Below, piece by piece: positions 17,893 to 28,829 of a stretch of DNA of 64,000 bases; the first letter of the stretch is position 1, and every line of letters starts with the position of its first letter. The notes below the pieces were generated by a model. It saw nothing but the letters and a program-made list of their open reading frames with translations, made no database searches and was not told the origin of the DNA. The translations under genes and the position numbers were made by a program. This stretch comes from an uncultured Ruficoccus sp. Lineage in GTDB: Bacteria > Verrucomicrobiota > Verrucomicrobiia > Opitutales > Cerasicoccaceae. Location: assembly GCA_965140785.1 (NCBI GenBank), contig OZ223510.1, positions 128,001 through 192,000 of the forward strand. Direction: 5' to 3'.

Positions 17893-19950
17893 ATGCCCAA
17901 CCAAGAGACCAAAACCTGCAGCTCAGCGACTGTTTCGCGGGCTTCGAATCGTCCCGTCCGGCTTGTCGTCCATCCGCTTTTTTCCGACCACGCCGTCCTC
18001 CTGAGAACTGAAAGCGTTCCGATCTGGGGGCGTGCCATGCCCGATGAAACGGTCAAGGTGGAAATCGCCGGTGTCACCGGGCATGCCGTGGCCAACGACG
18101 CGGGAAACTGGAGAGTCACTCTTGATTTATCCGGTGTGGATTCGCAGCCTCACGAGATGACGATCTCCGCCGGGAGTGAGGTACGAGTCGTTTCCGATGT
18201 GCTGGTCGGGGAAGTGTGGATCGGTTCCGGACAGTCAAACATGGAGTGGCCGCTTGAGCTGACCACGGATGCCGAACAGGAACTTGCCCGCCCCGAAAAC
18301 CCCTTGCTGCGCTTCTTCACGGTGGCAAAAGTCACTGCGCCCCAGCCGCTGGATTCCGTGGAAGGAAAGTGGGTTTTAGCATCTCCTGCCGCATTGGCGA
18401 ACCTCAGCGCCACCGGCTACTACTTTTCCAGAAATATCCAGGTGGAGCTGGGGACGCCGGTCGGATTTATCAATGCAAGCTGGGGAGGCTCTCCAGTGGA
18501 GGCCTGGACGGGCATGGAGAGTCTGGTCAGGGATGAAGAGCTGGGACCACGTGCCGCATCGATAACACAGTACCACGCCGACTTTCCTGCCCTGACCGCG
18601 GCCTTCAAGGAATCCTTCGGAGCTTGGTGCCAGCGGTTGTCCCGCCAGGACATTCCTCAAGGTCAACCCGAGCACTACAACCGGGTGCACGCGTTCAAAG
18701 GGCCATGGGAAAAGGTCAAACTGCCGGGCCTGCTGACCGATTCCGGGGCACCGGATGCGGGTGCTTTCTGGCTGAAGAAAACGATTCAGATCCCCTATGA
18801 GATGGACGGACTCCAGCAATCCGTCCACTTGGGCAGGATCAGCGGTTTCTGCCAGATCTACTGGAACGGAGAGCTGATTCGGGAAGTTTCATCCGAGACC
18901 GGCGCGCAGCCGGATATCATCATCTATACGGACCCGAGCATTATCCACGAAGGCGAGGCCACGCTCGCCATCCGCATCTTCAATCCCGGTTCGGGGACGG
19001 GAATTTTCTGCAACGATTTTTGCGTGGGTGGTTCCATTCCGCTGAGCGGAGACTGGGACCTGTTCGTCGAGAAGGAGCTGGCTCCGCTGACCGCCCCGGA
19101 GCTGGAGGCCATGCCGGTGTTTCCGTTGGCACCCGTGGCGGACTACCACACGGCGACTTTCACCTATAACGGTATGATCGCCCCGATCATCCCTTATGCG
19201 ATCAGAGGCATTATCTGGTTCCAGGGGGAGACAAATGTCACGCGTGCCTGGCAATATCGGCGGGCATTCCCGCTGCTGATCGAAGACTGGCGGGCGAAGT
19301 GGCAACAGGGGGATTTACCGTTCTTTTTTTGCCAGTTGGCGAATTTCGAGGGCAAGGTCTCGGACCCGAATTTCCCCGAGGCGCTGCCCGAGCTTCGCGA
19401 AGCCCAGTCCTTAGCCTTGACGCTGCCCGAAACCGGACAGGCGGTTCTGATCGATGTGGGAGAGGAGGGCGATATTCACTTCCGCAACAAAACCGAGGTC
19501 GGCTACCGTCTGGCGCAGATCGCGCTGGCCAGGGTTTACGGTCGCGACCGGGAGTACTCGGGACCGGTGTATAAATCCCATCGGCAGGAGGGCAGGGCGA
19601 TCCGCCTGGCGTTTACCCATGCGGACAGTGGCCTGGTTGCCAAGCCACTCCCGAACGAGTACCTGTTGCGGTCCACAGGAGCCACCGTCAGGCAACTCAA
19701 GCGCAACCGCCCCGGGAGCGAGCTGGAGGGCTTTGCGATTTGCGGAGCCGACCGCAAGTGGTATTGGGCAGATGCCAGGGTCGAGGGAAACTCTGTCGTT
19801 GTGTCCTCGCCTGATGTCCCGGTCCCGCTGGCGGTTCGTTACGCATGGGCATCCAATCCGACCTGCAATCTCTACAACCAGGCCGGGTTCCCCGCTGCAC
19901 CGTTCCGGACGGACGATTTCGAGCTCAGTACGGTGCAGGCGAGATACTAA
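17893..19950 (+). CDS. Sialate O-acetylesterase (SGNH) family
   Basis: GEVWIGSGQSNMEW, SWGGSPVEAW, GIIWFQGE, DIH and AVRYAW motifs. Confidence 0.92.
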   Translation: MPNQETKTCSSATVSRASNRPVRLVVHPLFSDHAVLLRTESVPIWGRAMPDETVKVEIAGVTGHAVANDAGNWRVTLDLSGVDSQPHEMTISAGSEVRVVSDVLVGEVWIGSGQSNMEWPLELTTDAEQELARPENPLLRFFTVAKVTAPQPLDSVEGKWVLASPAALANLSATGYYFSRNIQVELGTPVGFINASWGGSPVEAWTGMESLVRDEELGPRAASITQYHADFPALTAAFKESFGAWCQRLSRQDIPQGQPEHYNRVHAFKGPWEKVKLPGLLTDSGAPDAGAFWLKKTIQIPYEMDGLQQSVHLGRISGFCQIYWNGELIREVSSETGAQPDIIIYTDPSIIHEGEATLAIRIFNPGSGTGIFCNDFCVGGSIPLSGDWDLFVEKELAPLTAPELEAMPVFPLAPVADYHTATFTYNGMIAPIIPYAIRGIIWFQGETNVTRAWQYRRAFPLLIEDWRAKWQQGDLPFFFCQLANFEGKVSDPNFPEALPELREAQSLALTLPETGQAVLIDVGEEGDIHFRNKTEVGYRLAQIALARVYGRDREYSGPVYKSHRQEGRAIRLAFTHADSGLVAKPLPNEYLLRSTGATVRQLKRNRPGSELEGFAICGADRKWYWADARVEGNSVVVSSPDVPVPLAVRYAWASNPTCNLYNQAGFPAAPFRTDDFELSTVQARY

Positions 19951-19983
19951 ACCCGCGCGTGCATCGCGGCCCCCTGGTGCGTG

Positions 19984-20000
19984 AGTTAACGGTTTAACTA
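19984..20000. promoter_or_regulatory. Putative LacI-type operator (motif 1)
   Basis: AGTTAACGGTTTAACTA, similar to 21792 and 31876. Confidence 0.6.
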
Positions 20001-20011
20001 TCTGGCTCCTT

Positions 20012-20254
20012 GTGAAGATGGAACGAGCGGGTAAGCCTCTCATCATGCCGTTGGAATCCGCCGGGCATATGTTTGTCCCCCAAACCCCAGGATCTATCAT
20101 GCAAAGATTTGAGCTGAGCAGAGCCTCTGGCCTGCCTCTCAAGCTGTGCCTGAGCGGAGCCGATATCTGGTACGATGTCATTGGCTCCTTCTATGTCGAA
20201 ACACCCGAATCGACCGCACCGGTTTACATCGACGAAATCATGCTGCGCAAATAA
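20012..20254 (+). pseudogene. Probable C-terminal gene remnant
   Basis: Short ORF ending APVYIDEIMLRK, directly after an operator and followed by a terminator. Confidence 0.35.
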
Positions 20255-20275
20255 CCCGCCATCTTGCTGAATCAG

Positions 20276-20309
20276 CCCCGCGGGTCTTGCGCTCGCCCGC
20301 GGGGTTTTT
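20276..20309 (+). terminator. Intrinsic terminator
   Basis: CCCCGCGGG-N11-CCCGCGGGG followed by TTTTT. Confidence 0.7.
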
Positions 20310-20348
20310 CCGCCATTCGCTCAAGCACATCGCCCAATTCGCCTTTTC

Positions 20349-21695
20349 ATGAACATCGTTTACCTTCACGCTCACGACGCGGGTCGCATCATCCAGCCGT
20401 ACGGCTACCCGGTTGAAACGCCCCACCTGATGAACTTCGCGCGGGAGTCTGTGCTGTTCCGCAAGGCCTTCTGTGTCTCTCCGACCTGCGGTCCCTCCCG
20501 GGCGGCCCTCCTCACCGGTCAATATCCGCACCAGATCGGGATGTATGGTCTGCCTGGTTTCCAGGGATGGGCCCTCGATGATCCCGCCAAGCACTGGGCC
20601 CGGCAATTGCGTGCGTGGGGCTACGAAACCATCCTGGCGGGGGTGCAGCACGAGGCCGACCATCACGATTTTTCCTCCCTCGGCTACGAGTGTATTCTTG
20701 AGAATCAGGCTCCCGCCCGTCCCCAGGCGGGAGAGTTTTATCCCGAGACCATTACCAAGGTCGAAAGCCTTCTGGCCACCCGTCCCAAGGGCCCTGACGT
20801 TCGTCCGTTTTTCCTCTCAGTCGGCATCGATGAGCCCCACCGTGACAACATTGCCCGGCCCGAGATGAATCTCCATGGCGAGGGCGACCGCTTCAGCAAA
20901 ACCCGTTACTACGATCCTGCCAAGCTCGACGCCCGCTACACCGCACCGCTGCCCTGGCTACCCGATCTCCCCGAGATTCGACAGGACATGGAAAGCTACC
21001 GTGTCGGCGTGAAAATCATGGATGAGTACATGGGCCGGGTTCTCGACGCGCTCCGCCACAACGGTTATGACGACAACACTCTCGTCATCGTGACAACGGA
21101 TCACGGCATCGAATTTCCCGGTGGCAAAAAGACTCTCTCCGACCAGGGGACCGAGGTAATGCTCATGGTGCGCGGCCCTCAATCCCACCCGTTGGCCTCA
21201 GCGTTCGGGGGAGGGCGGGTGATCGAGCCGCTTGTTACACACCTCGATCTGTATCCCACGCTTTGCGAGCTTCTTGGGCGCACGGTGGCCCATCCTCTCG
21301 AAGGCAAGAGTCTGCTTCCGCTTGTGCACGGACAGGTCTCCCACCTGCATGAAGCCGTTTTCGCCGAGCAGACTTACCACGGTAAATTCGAACCCCTCCG
21401 CAGCATTCGCACCGAGCGTTACAAATACATCCGCCGCCATTTTCCGAACGGCCCCCTCATGACTCACGACGGGCCGGCTTCGCCGCTTGTGCAAAAGTGC
21501 GGCTGGTATGACCGACCCACCGGACATGAAGAGCTTTTCGATCTTTACCTCGATCCCCTGGAGGCGTGTAACCGCATCGAGGATCCATCCATGGCTGAGG
21601 TCAGGGCCGATCTTGCCGCGCGGCTTGAGGAGCATCTGCTCGCCAGCGGCGATCCATTCCTGTCGGGAGAGTTTCCCTCTCCTTGTGTTGGCTAG
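20349..21695 (+). CDS. Formylglycine-dependent (S1) sulfatase
   Basis: CGPSRAALLTG signature, TTDHG, ELFDLYLDP. Confidence 0.93.
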   Translation: MNIVYLHAHDAGRIIQPYGYPVETPHLMNFARESVLFRKAFCVSPTCGPSRAALLTGQYPHQIGMYGLPGFQGWALDDPAKHWARQLRAWGYETILAGVQHEADHHDFSSLGYECILENQAPARPQAGEFYPETITKVESLLATRPKGPDVRPFFLSVGIDEPHRDNIARPEMNLHGEGDRFSKTRYYDPAKLDARYTAPLPWLPDLPEIRQDMESYRVGVKIMDEYMGRVLDALRHNGYDDNTLVIVTTDHGIEFPGGKKTLSDQGTEVMLMVRGPQSHPLASAFGGGRVIEPLVTHLDLYPTLCELLGRTVAHPLEGKSLLPLVHGQVSHLHEAVFAEQTYHGKFEPLRSIRTERYKYIRRHFPNGPLMTHDGPASPLVQKCGWYDRPTGHEELFDLYLDPLEACNRIEDPSMAEVRADLAARLEEHLLASGDPFLSGEFPSPCVG

Positions 21696-21791
21696 TGTCG
21701 CAGGAAGTCCGTTTTGCGCCTGCCATCCATAACAATTGCCTGTGTGTGAATTGGACTTTCTCTGGAAATTCTACTTAAGAGAACAATATTA

Positions 21792-21808
21792 AATTAACGA
21801 TTTAACTA
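21792..21808. promoter_or_regulatory. Putative LacI-type operator (motif 1)
   Basis: AATTAACGATTTAACTA upstream of the PEP-CTERM gene cluster. Confidence 0.6.
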
Positions 21809-21986
21809 TAGGACTTCTTGGCGCCGGAGTGTTCTTTGTCATACTTTATTTCATGCAAGCGACATGGGACCCGTCCGATACCAGTCTTTCCTCCGATATG
21901 CCTGATCTTTAACGCTCGTGACGGCGTGAGCTCGATACTTTTTCTCCACTCGAGATCGCATTAACCTAACCCCCAAACCTCCCCAT

Positions 21987-22850
21987 ATGAAGATATTCAC
22001 CTGTATGCTTGGATTGTCTTTCGCCGCCCTGACTTCGAGTCACGCGACCGTTCTTTTCTCCGAAAATTTCGATAGCTACACCTCGGGGGTGAGCATCGCC
22101 ACCGCCGGTCCTGCCAAATGGTCCAAGTCCAACAACCTCACGGGTATTTCCGCCGATATTGTGCAGACAGATACGAACGACTACTTCGGTGCCGGCAGCG
22201 GAAACAAGATGGGCCAGATTTCCCAGCTCTCTCCGAGCGGTAACCTCGCGGTTCTCAACAGTACGACCACGACCTCGTTTGGGCTCACCGGTCAGGTGTC
22301 CTTCGACTACGTGGTGCCTCCCTACGATACGGTTTCTCCCACCTCCGAGCCTTACGTCACGAACAACTACGCATCGGATGGCATTGTCTTCCGCATCGGC
22401 AGTGCCTCCGGCAATGGGAACTCGGCGTTTGGTCTGCTCTTTAAGGAGGGTAGCCTCTACGCTGTGAGCGGCGATGGCCTCGGCGCGCCTGTCCTGCTCG
22501 CTTCTACCTCGGTGTCCACCATGCACAGCCTGTCCATGGTCTATAACAACCAGTCCACCTCCTTCAACTACGACGGCGGCAGCCTGGCGGCCCAATCTAT
22601 GGACGTCTACCTCGACGGAGTACTTGTCGGCGATGACCTCACTCATGGCGCCCTCGCCGCCGATACCGCCATCGCCAGTCTGGGCTTTATCGCCAAGGGG
22701 ATCGGCAACAGCATGGTTCTCACGATGTACACGGATAATTTTGTCGTCTCCGACACCGTTGTGATCCCCGAGCCCGATACCCTGGCCTCTCTTGCTGGTC
22801 TCGGTGCGCTGCTGACCGCAGTGATGCTTCGCCGACGCAAGCGCGACTGA
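21987..22850 (+). CDS. PEP-CTERM sorting domain protein
   Basis: Signal peptide; C-terminal VIPEPDTLASLAGLGALLTAVMLRRRKRD. Confidence 0.92.
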   Translation: MKIFTCMLGLSFAALTSSHATVLFSENFDSYTSGVSIATAGPAKWSKSNNLTGISADIVQTDTNDYFGAGSGNKMGQISQLSPSGNLAVLNSTTTTSFGLTGQVSFDYVVPPYDTVSPTSEPYVTNNYASDGIVFRIGSASGNGNSAFGLLFKEGSLYAVSGDGLGAPVLLASTSVSTMHSLSMVYNNQSTSFNYDGGSLAAQSMDVYLDGVLVGDDLTHGALAADTAIASLGFIAKGIGNSMVLTMYTDNFVVSDTVVIPEPDTLASLAGLGALLTAVMLRRRKRD

Positions 22851-22973
22851 GTTTGCATCTTTTTTTTCTCGTTCTATATATTTTTTCCTGGGTTTTCGGC
22901 AGCAGCGCTGCTTAGCAGTCGTGTTGTGACCGGAGCCCGGGCCTGCCCTCCACATTAGCCATATTCCCACACC

Positions 22974-25900
22974 ATGTATCGAGCCAAAAACCGTCGCGGC
23001 TTTGCTCTGATCATCACGCTTACGCTGCTTGCTTTTGTCGTGTTGCTGATGGTTTCCTTTGCCTCGCTTACTCGGGTGGAAATGCAGGCGGCCACCTATT
23101 CGCAGTACCATGCGCAGGCCCGTCAGAACGCGATCATGGGCCTCTCGATTGCACTCGGACAACTGCAGAAGTTCACGGGCCCCGACCAGCGAGCGACTGC
23201 CACGGCCGATCTCAATGGGAGCGGACAGGCCGGGACGCACGCCTGGACCGGGGTGTGGGGCAATGCCAGCCCCTCTGATGACTATGTCAGTTCGCCTCAA
23301 TTGCTGGGCTGGCTGGTGAGTGGAAACGAGAGTGGGGATTTCGCGGTTGATTTGTCCGCGGCTTCTTTTGGGAGAATCCAGTCCGCCACGCCCCCGGTCT
23401 ACTCGCCGTCCGATACGGTACTCTTTGGTCACGCGGTTACCCAGGGCGCGCTGGCCACTGATGTCCAACTGCGCGATCAGCCTGCGCAACTCTTGGTCGG
23501 ACCCGGGAGTGTGGACGACGATCAGGACTATGTGGTTGCTCCTTTGGTTGACGTTGAGGCCACTGGAGATGGAGCGTCCTCCGTGCTTGGCCGCTATGCC
23601 TGGTGGGTGGGAGACGAGGGGGTAAAGGCCCGGTTCAACCTTACTGATTCGTGGGTATCCAGTGCTTCCAATCGTCAAGAGCGCTTTTACCGCCTCTTGT
23701 TGGCCCAGCGGTATGGGATCGAGCTTATGACCCGTGACGGCAGTACGGTTTTTGGCTCTGGGCTTTATGACGCCGCAGGAACCGATTCGGGCAGCATCCT
23801 GTTTCGTGATGATCTGGACCGTATCCAGTCCTACTCGCAGGTTCCCATGCTCACCGGCTTTGGCACCGGCGATATGCGTGCAGCCCTCAAGCACCGCTAT
23901 CATGACATTACCATGAACTCGCGGGGTGTGTTGGCCGATCAACTGCGTGCGGGGCTGCGGAAGGATCTTACGGTGTTGTTTGAGCAGGACCCCTCGTCCT
24001 GGACGGGAACGCTCAAGACGAGCCTGGACGAGGTGAGCTACACGTATGAGAGTGCTCGGCGTATTGCTGACTTTCAGGACACACGCCTGTACGACGCCAA
24101 CTACTCCATGGACTCGAGCCGAAGCCCGGATTCGCGTTCTCCTGCGGCCGCGACCTGGGAGCAGGTTCGCAGTTTCTATAACTATGGGGCGACTAACAAC
24201 TCGGGCACTGTCAACGTGACTCCGCAGACCGACACGCAGATGGGAGTCTTTCCTGTCGTGCTGCGCTGGGGGGTCTCGTTCGATGTGAGCGCCTCGGCCG
24301 GTGGCACGGGTAAGCTCCATATCTTCCCGCACGTGATTCTGTGGAATCCCTACAATGTCACTCTTCGCGGTAGCTACCGTGTGAGAATGGAGTTTGCCGA
24401 TACGGATAATTCCACGGCCAAGCGTCTCTACTTCGTCACGCCGCGTCTCGATACCGATGGGGTGACTCCTATCTATGCAGCGCCTTACAAGGTTTATCAT
24501 CAGGAGATTTTCGCTCCCGAGACGCCCGGTACGGGTAAGTACAGCCAGCGCACGATGGAGTTTGCTATCGAGTCGGTGGAGATACCGCCGGGCGAGGCTT
24601 ATGTTTTTACACCGGAATCGACTCAGGCCTATAATGCCTCCGGCGATAACATCCTCGCGAATACTTATAACACGGATACTTCCTTTACCCGCCCGATTGC
24701 GCACACCTTTACCGCCGAGGAAGTCGCATCCTCGGCGTTGGCACTGGCCAATATTGCGGGCGGAAGAGGAGGTACAATGTCCCTCCATCTGCTCGACGGG
24801 AATGGAAACAATCTCCAGTTGATTGATGCCACGGGGCTGGCTAACACCGTGAGGGTGGATAAAAACGACGGTACCTCAACGCTGGTTACGGCTGTTTCAG
24901 CGGGCGGTGCCCTTGGCGAATTCTGGGACGTTTCGGGTGGGGTGGTATCCGCGCGTAACCAGGTGGGCTTTTCTTTTCTCAATTCGCTTCAACGGACCGA
25001 TGCCCGCTACAATTGGCTGGCGAATTACAATCAGCGGGCTCCTTCGGTCGGACGCGCATGGTTTGAGTGGAGTAATGGGTTTGTCTCCACGGCCAACTGG
25101 TCAACCTGCCCGGGCCGTTCGGATAGACCGGCATGGAACATCGATCTGGTTTCCAGTGATCCGGCCCGGGCTTATACCGGGCCGAGCATGCTCGCCGCCT
25201 ATGGCGCCCCGCAGGCGATCTTGTTTAACCTGCCCACGACCGACACGCCGGTGCTGTCCCTCGGGCAGCTTCAGCACGCCGCGCTCACTTTCACCGCGTC
25301 GGGCCATGAGCCGACCTATCCGTTTGGCAACGCCTACGCCTCGCCGGAGATTCGCCAGGACCGCCTGCTTAATCCCAATGGCTACGGCTCCAGTTCTTCT
25401 CCTGGCTCCGAGCCCCACTTGACAGATGTTTCGTATCTGCTGAACCGTTCGCTCTGGGACCGTTTCTTTTTCTCCGGCATCCCCGATGTCTCCGATGTCG
25501 TGTTGCAGGCTCAGATCGATATGGGGGACCCGCTTCCCGACGGACGCCTGAGCTATGTCGAGGGTTCCAGGGCTGCCGATGTGCGGAACTTTGACACGGC
25601 AGCCGCTCACCTGATGGTGGACGGAGCCTTTAATGTAAACTCGACATCGGTCGAGGCGTGGACCGCGCTTTTCGCCAGTCTTCGCGATGTGGATGTGTCA
25701 CCCTCGAGCGGATCAACAACCACGGCGATAAACGGTACGCCCTACGTGCGGACTCCCTATGTGCCGGGCGGAGACGACACCAACTCCCGATCTGACCAGT
25801 GGTCCGGCTACCGTTCCCTGACCGATGCACAGGTGCGCTTGCTCGCCGAGTCCATGGTCACCGAGGTGCAGACCCGTGGGCCGTTTCTCTCGCTGGCTGA

Positions 25901-26474
25901 TTTCGTCAACCGCCGGCTTGTTGCCTATCCAGACCAAACCGGTCTCAATGGAACCTTACAGGCAGCAATGGATCGGGTCAACGACCTGAATACCCGGGTG
26001 TTGGAAATGGACCGCCCTGATCTTGGCAGCGGGGTTCAGGTTCCGTATCTTGCCACCGAGACCTGGAGTGTGAACGGCGCCGATTACTACCTGCATAACA
26101 TAAAGGCGCCGCGAAAGAACTTCGCCTATACCGGGCGGAGTAAGGGAGCGCTCGCCCCGGGATTCATCAGTCAGGCGGATATACTCCAGGCGCTTGGGCC
26201 TGGTCTGATGGCTCGCTCGGACACATTTGTTATCCGTGCATACGGAGAGACGATCAATCCCATGCTTACACGTGGCGACGCCGGTTACATCACCGGACGC
26301 GCATGGTGTGAGGCCGTCGTGCAGCGGCTGCCCGACTACGTGGACGCCAGCGGCAATGCCGCAGAAGACGTTCCGGTGACGGATGGGGCCGTCAATCTCA
26401 CCGCCGTCAACCAGCGTCTGGGCAGGCGCTATCAGATGGTGTCCTTCCGTTGGCTTTCACCCGAGGAGATATGA
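22974..26474 (+). CDS. Large PilX-like minor pseudopilin-type protein (Verrucomicrobia type)
   Basis: RRGFALIITLTLLAFVVLL prepilin-like N-terminus, ARQNA...ALGQLQ...GPDQRATATA, YAWWVGDEGVKA, RSDTFVIRAYG, FRWLSPEEI. Confidence 0.85.
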   Translation: MYRAKNRRGFALIITLTLLAFVVLLMVSFASLTRVEMQAATYSQYHAQARQNAIMGLSIALGQLQKFTGPDQRATATADLNGSGQAGTHAWTGVWGNASPSDDYVSSPQLLGWLVSGNESGDFAVDLSAASFGRIQSATPPVYSPSDTVLFGHAVTQGALATDVQLRDQPAQLLVGPGSVDDDQDYVVAPLVDVEATGDGASSVLGRYAWWVGDEGVKARFNLTDSWVSSASNRQERFYRLLLAQRYGIELMTRDGSTVFGSGLYDAAGTDSGSILFRDDLDRIQSYSQVPMLTGFGTGDMRAALKHRYHDITMNSRGVLADQLRAGLRKDLTVLFEQDPSSWTGTLKTSLDEVSYTYESARRIADFQDTRLYDANYSMDSSRSPDSRSPAAATWEQVRSFYNYGATNNSGTVNVTPQTDTQMGVFPVVLRWGVSFDVSASAGGTGKLHIFPHVILWNPYNVTLRGSYRVRMEFADTDNSTAKRLYFVTPRLDTDGVTPIYAAPYKVYHQEIFAPETPGTGKYSQRTMEFAIESVEIPPGEAYVFTPESTQAYNASGDNILANTYNTDTSFTRPIAHTFTAEEVASSALALANIAGGRGGTMSLHLLDGNGNNLQLIDATGLANTVRVDKNDGTSTLVTAVSAGGALGEFWDVSGGVVSARNQVGFSFLNSLQRTDARYNWLANYNQRAPSVGRAWFEWSNGFVSTANWSTCPGRSDRPAWNIDLVSSDPARAYTGPSMLAAYGAPQAILFNLPTTDTPVLSLGQLQHAALTFTASGHEPTYPFGNAYASPEIRQDRLLNPNGYGSSSSPGSEPHLTDVSYLLNRSLWDRFFFSGIPDVSDVVLQAQIDMGDPLPDGRLSYVEGSRAADVRNFDTAAAHLMVDGAFNVNSTSVEAWTALFASLRDVDVSPSSGSTTTAINGTPYVRTPYVPGGDDTNSRSDQWSGYRSLTDAQVRLLAESMVTEVQTRGPFLSLADFVNRRLVAYPDQTGLNGTLQAAMDRVNDLNTRVLEMDRPDLGSGVQVPYLATETWSVNGADYYLHNIKAPRKNFAYTGRSKGALAPGFISQADILQALGPGLMARSDTFVIRAYGETINPMLTRGDAGYITGRAWCEAVVQRLPDYVDASGNAAEDVPVTDGAVNLTAVNQRLGRRYQMVSFRWLSPEEI

Positions 26475-26476
26475 TC

Positions 26477-27260
26477 ATGCGTGCCTTTACATTATTTTTC
26501 GCATCCGCGCTTTGCGGGTTAATCGTTCCAGTTCTTCACGGCCAGTCGGTCGAGCCTCCCCGTCCAGTCTCGATGCGGGTGTTATCCTTTGAGGGCATTG
26601 TTACCGATCTTGCGGTGCGCACGCCTGATGGGCTGACCCGTATCCTTGCTCGGGCCAACGCTTTCAGCCCGGAAATCACTGCCCTGTCCTCTGGGGGTGG
26701 TGTCGATTTCTACCGCGATGCTCCATCTTCGGAGAACTCCTCGAAGGGTGGAACCGGTAACGCCCAGCGCGCGCCGGTAGCCCGTATTGCCGTGCAGCCG
26801 GGTGTGAACCGTTACCTCGTGATTGTGGTGGCGCGGGGGAGCTCCGACGACCGTGTTTACAGCGCGTATTCCATTCCTGACGCCGATGGGGCATTGCCCG
26901 TGGGTTCTGCCCGGGTGGTCAACTTCACCGACGCTCCGCTGGCGGTTCAACTCGGGAATAATTCGGCCATCGTTCGTACCGCCGAATCATCCGTATTGGC
27001 CTGCCCATCTGATAGTGGTGGGGCACGTTAACCTGCAACTTGCCCGACCCGATAGCGAACAGAATTGGGAATTGGTTACGCGGACGCGCCTGAGTGTGCC
27101 GGAAGGCCGTCGCCTGCTGCTGCTGGTTAGTCCTTCTCGGTCACCGGAGCAAGCGGAGGACGGTGTGGTCATGGCCGAGGCCGGCGCATTCAGTTTAAAA
27201 ATACTCTACGACGCGATGCCATCTCCGTCGGCTTCCCTCAGCGCTTTACCTTCTCGTTAA
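26477..27260 (+). pseudogene. Secreted protein split by a single-base frameshift near 27020
   Basis: Removing one G from GGTGGGGCAC joins ...CPSDSGG to HVNLQLARPD... Confidence 0.6.
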
Positions 27261-27265
27261 ACATT

Positions 27266-27962
27266 ATGAACAACCATCATTGCTCCCTCTTTGCCTGTAT
27301 CGGACTCGTTCTGGGGCTGGCGGGGAACCGTATCAGCCGCGCCAGTTGCCTCGCCCGACGTGGATACGCTTCAACTGCGACCCAACGGGACGTTTACCTT
27401 CGACGAGGTGGATGTCTTCGCGGGCCATTTCTCCCCACATTTTTCGAAGCGTCTGGACCAGGGGTCCCAGCAAGTAACCCCGGGTTATCCGAAGCAGGAC
27501 GGTTCGTCCTGGCAGACCTGTCTCGATTTCTATCTGCCGGATGTTTCCGAGCCCATTACGCTGACCGAAAGTGTGGACAAGCTGGATGCCACCTCCTTCA
27601 GCGTGAGTTACGACGCGCGCCATCCGACGGGTGTTCCTTCTCAGGAGATGTTCGTGCGGTTGGAGATCCCCATCTCGATAGCCTCGGGGCAGTCCATTCT
27701 GCTCGATGGCAAGCCCATCGACCTCCCCGTCGAGCAGGCCACCGGTCAATTGTTTATGGACTACGACCTCATGCCCCACGTGCTGGTGCTTCCATCGGCA
27801 TCGGGCACCGTGACCGTGAAGGGCACGTTCCGGGTGATCGTGCAGGACCAGCGTCAATGGGGCAAAGATGTTTACTCCGTCCGCCTGCCCTTCGAGCCGA
27901 TGGGGAAGGTGCTCACCCACGAGGAAATGAAGGTGACCCTGAGTCATACTCCGCGAAGCTGA
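27266..27962 (+). pseudogene. Secreted protein, frameshifted after the signal peptide and probably truncated
   Basis: MNNHHCSLFACIGLVLGLAG joins TVSAAPVASPD if one base is removed near 27323; N-terminus is paralogous to 28075. Confidence 0.6.
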
Positions 27963-28074
27963 ACCCATACCCGGTCAGGCGGGGGATAATGCGTACCGAT
28001 GTCGTGGCGTTATCGCGTTCCCGACTTCGTTGAGCGCGCCCTGATACTGCCAACCCATACACGATTTCCGTCTC

Positions 28075-28770
28075 ATGAATACCGTATCGCGCCTTTTGCT
28101 GCCTCCATTCTTCGCCGTCGGCCTGTCTGTTCTCGCGCAGGCGGCTTCGGTGTCTCCTCCTGAGATCACCGCTCTGAGAGTGCAGCCGAGTGGAGAGTTC
28201 AATTTCGATCAGATCTCGGTGTTCGCCGGGCATTTTGCTCCGGGCTGGAGCCGCACGGATCAGGGGTCGTCTGCTCTGGAGGCCGGTTATCCGAAGCGGG
28301 CGGATGCGCGCTGGGAGACGATGGTGCCCGCCCAGACGGAATTGAACGGTGTCTTCGCCTCCGTGCGCAACGGCGATACGTTTTGCTCCGTCGCCATCGT
28401 GGCGGTGGATGATCAGCCGCTGGCGGAGAGCTCCCTCCTGCTGATCACGCATCTGACTGATGTGCTGCCAACCGGCGTCCTCTTTGATAGCTCCGATCGC
28501 AAGATACAGGAGTCCGTCGGACGTCTTCCTCTTCTGGTGCGACGCGGCTCGTCCGAGCTGACCTTGAAACTGGAGCCTGACGGTGACTACCGGGCGTGGG
28601 CGGTTTCCTCAACGGGTGCGCGACTGCATGAGGTTTCGCTCTCCCGGACGGATGCGGGCTGGGTCTTGCAGGCCAGTACAGTCACCCCCGAGGGCACTCA
28701 GCTCGCCTACGAAATTCAACGCAACCAATTTCAGGGCATCAATGTTCTGGAGAGTTTTCCGGCACCTTGA
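28075..28770 (+). CDS. Secreted protein, probably an internally deleted paralog of the preceding gene
   Basis: Shares the VFAGHF...DQGS...GYPK...W segment with 27266, then switches to a C-terminal-like segment (VDDQPLAESS...LPLLVRRG). Confidence 0.55.
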   Translation: MNTVSRLLLPPFFAVGLSVLAQAASVSPPEITALRVQPSGEFNFDQISVFAGHFAPGWSRTDQGSSALEAGYPKRADARWETMVPAQTELNGVFASVRNGDTFCSVAIVAVDDQPLAESSLLLITHLTDVLPTGVLFDSSDRKIQESVGRLPLLVRRGSSELTLKLEPDGDYRAWAVSSTGARLHEVSLSRTDAGWVLQASTVTPEGTQLAYEIQRNQFQGINVLESFPAP

Positions 28771-28829
28771 GCCAGTCCTGCTTCCACCATCCTGTACTAT
28801 CTGCGGTCGTCTGACCGCGTTTCCTCCAC

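Noticed and set aside
21966..24788. 940-aa minus-strand ORF
   Set aside because: Antisense shadow of two well-supported plus-strand genes; no protein motifs
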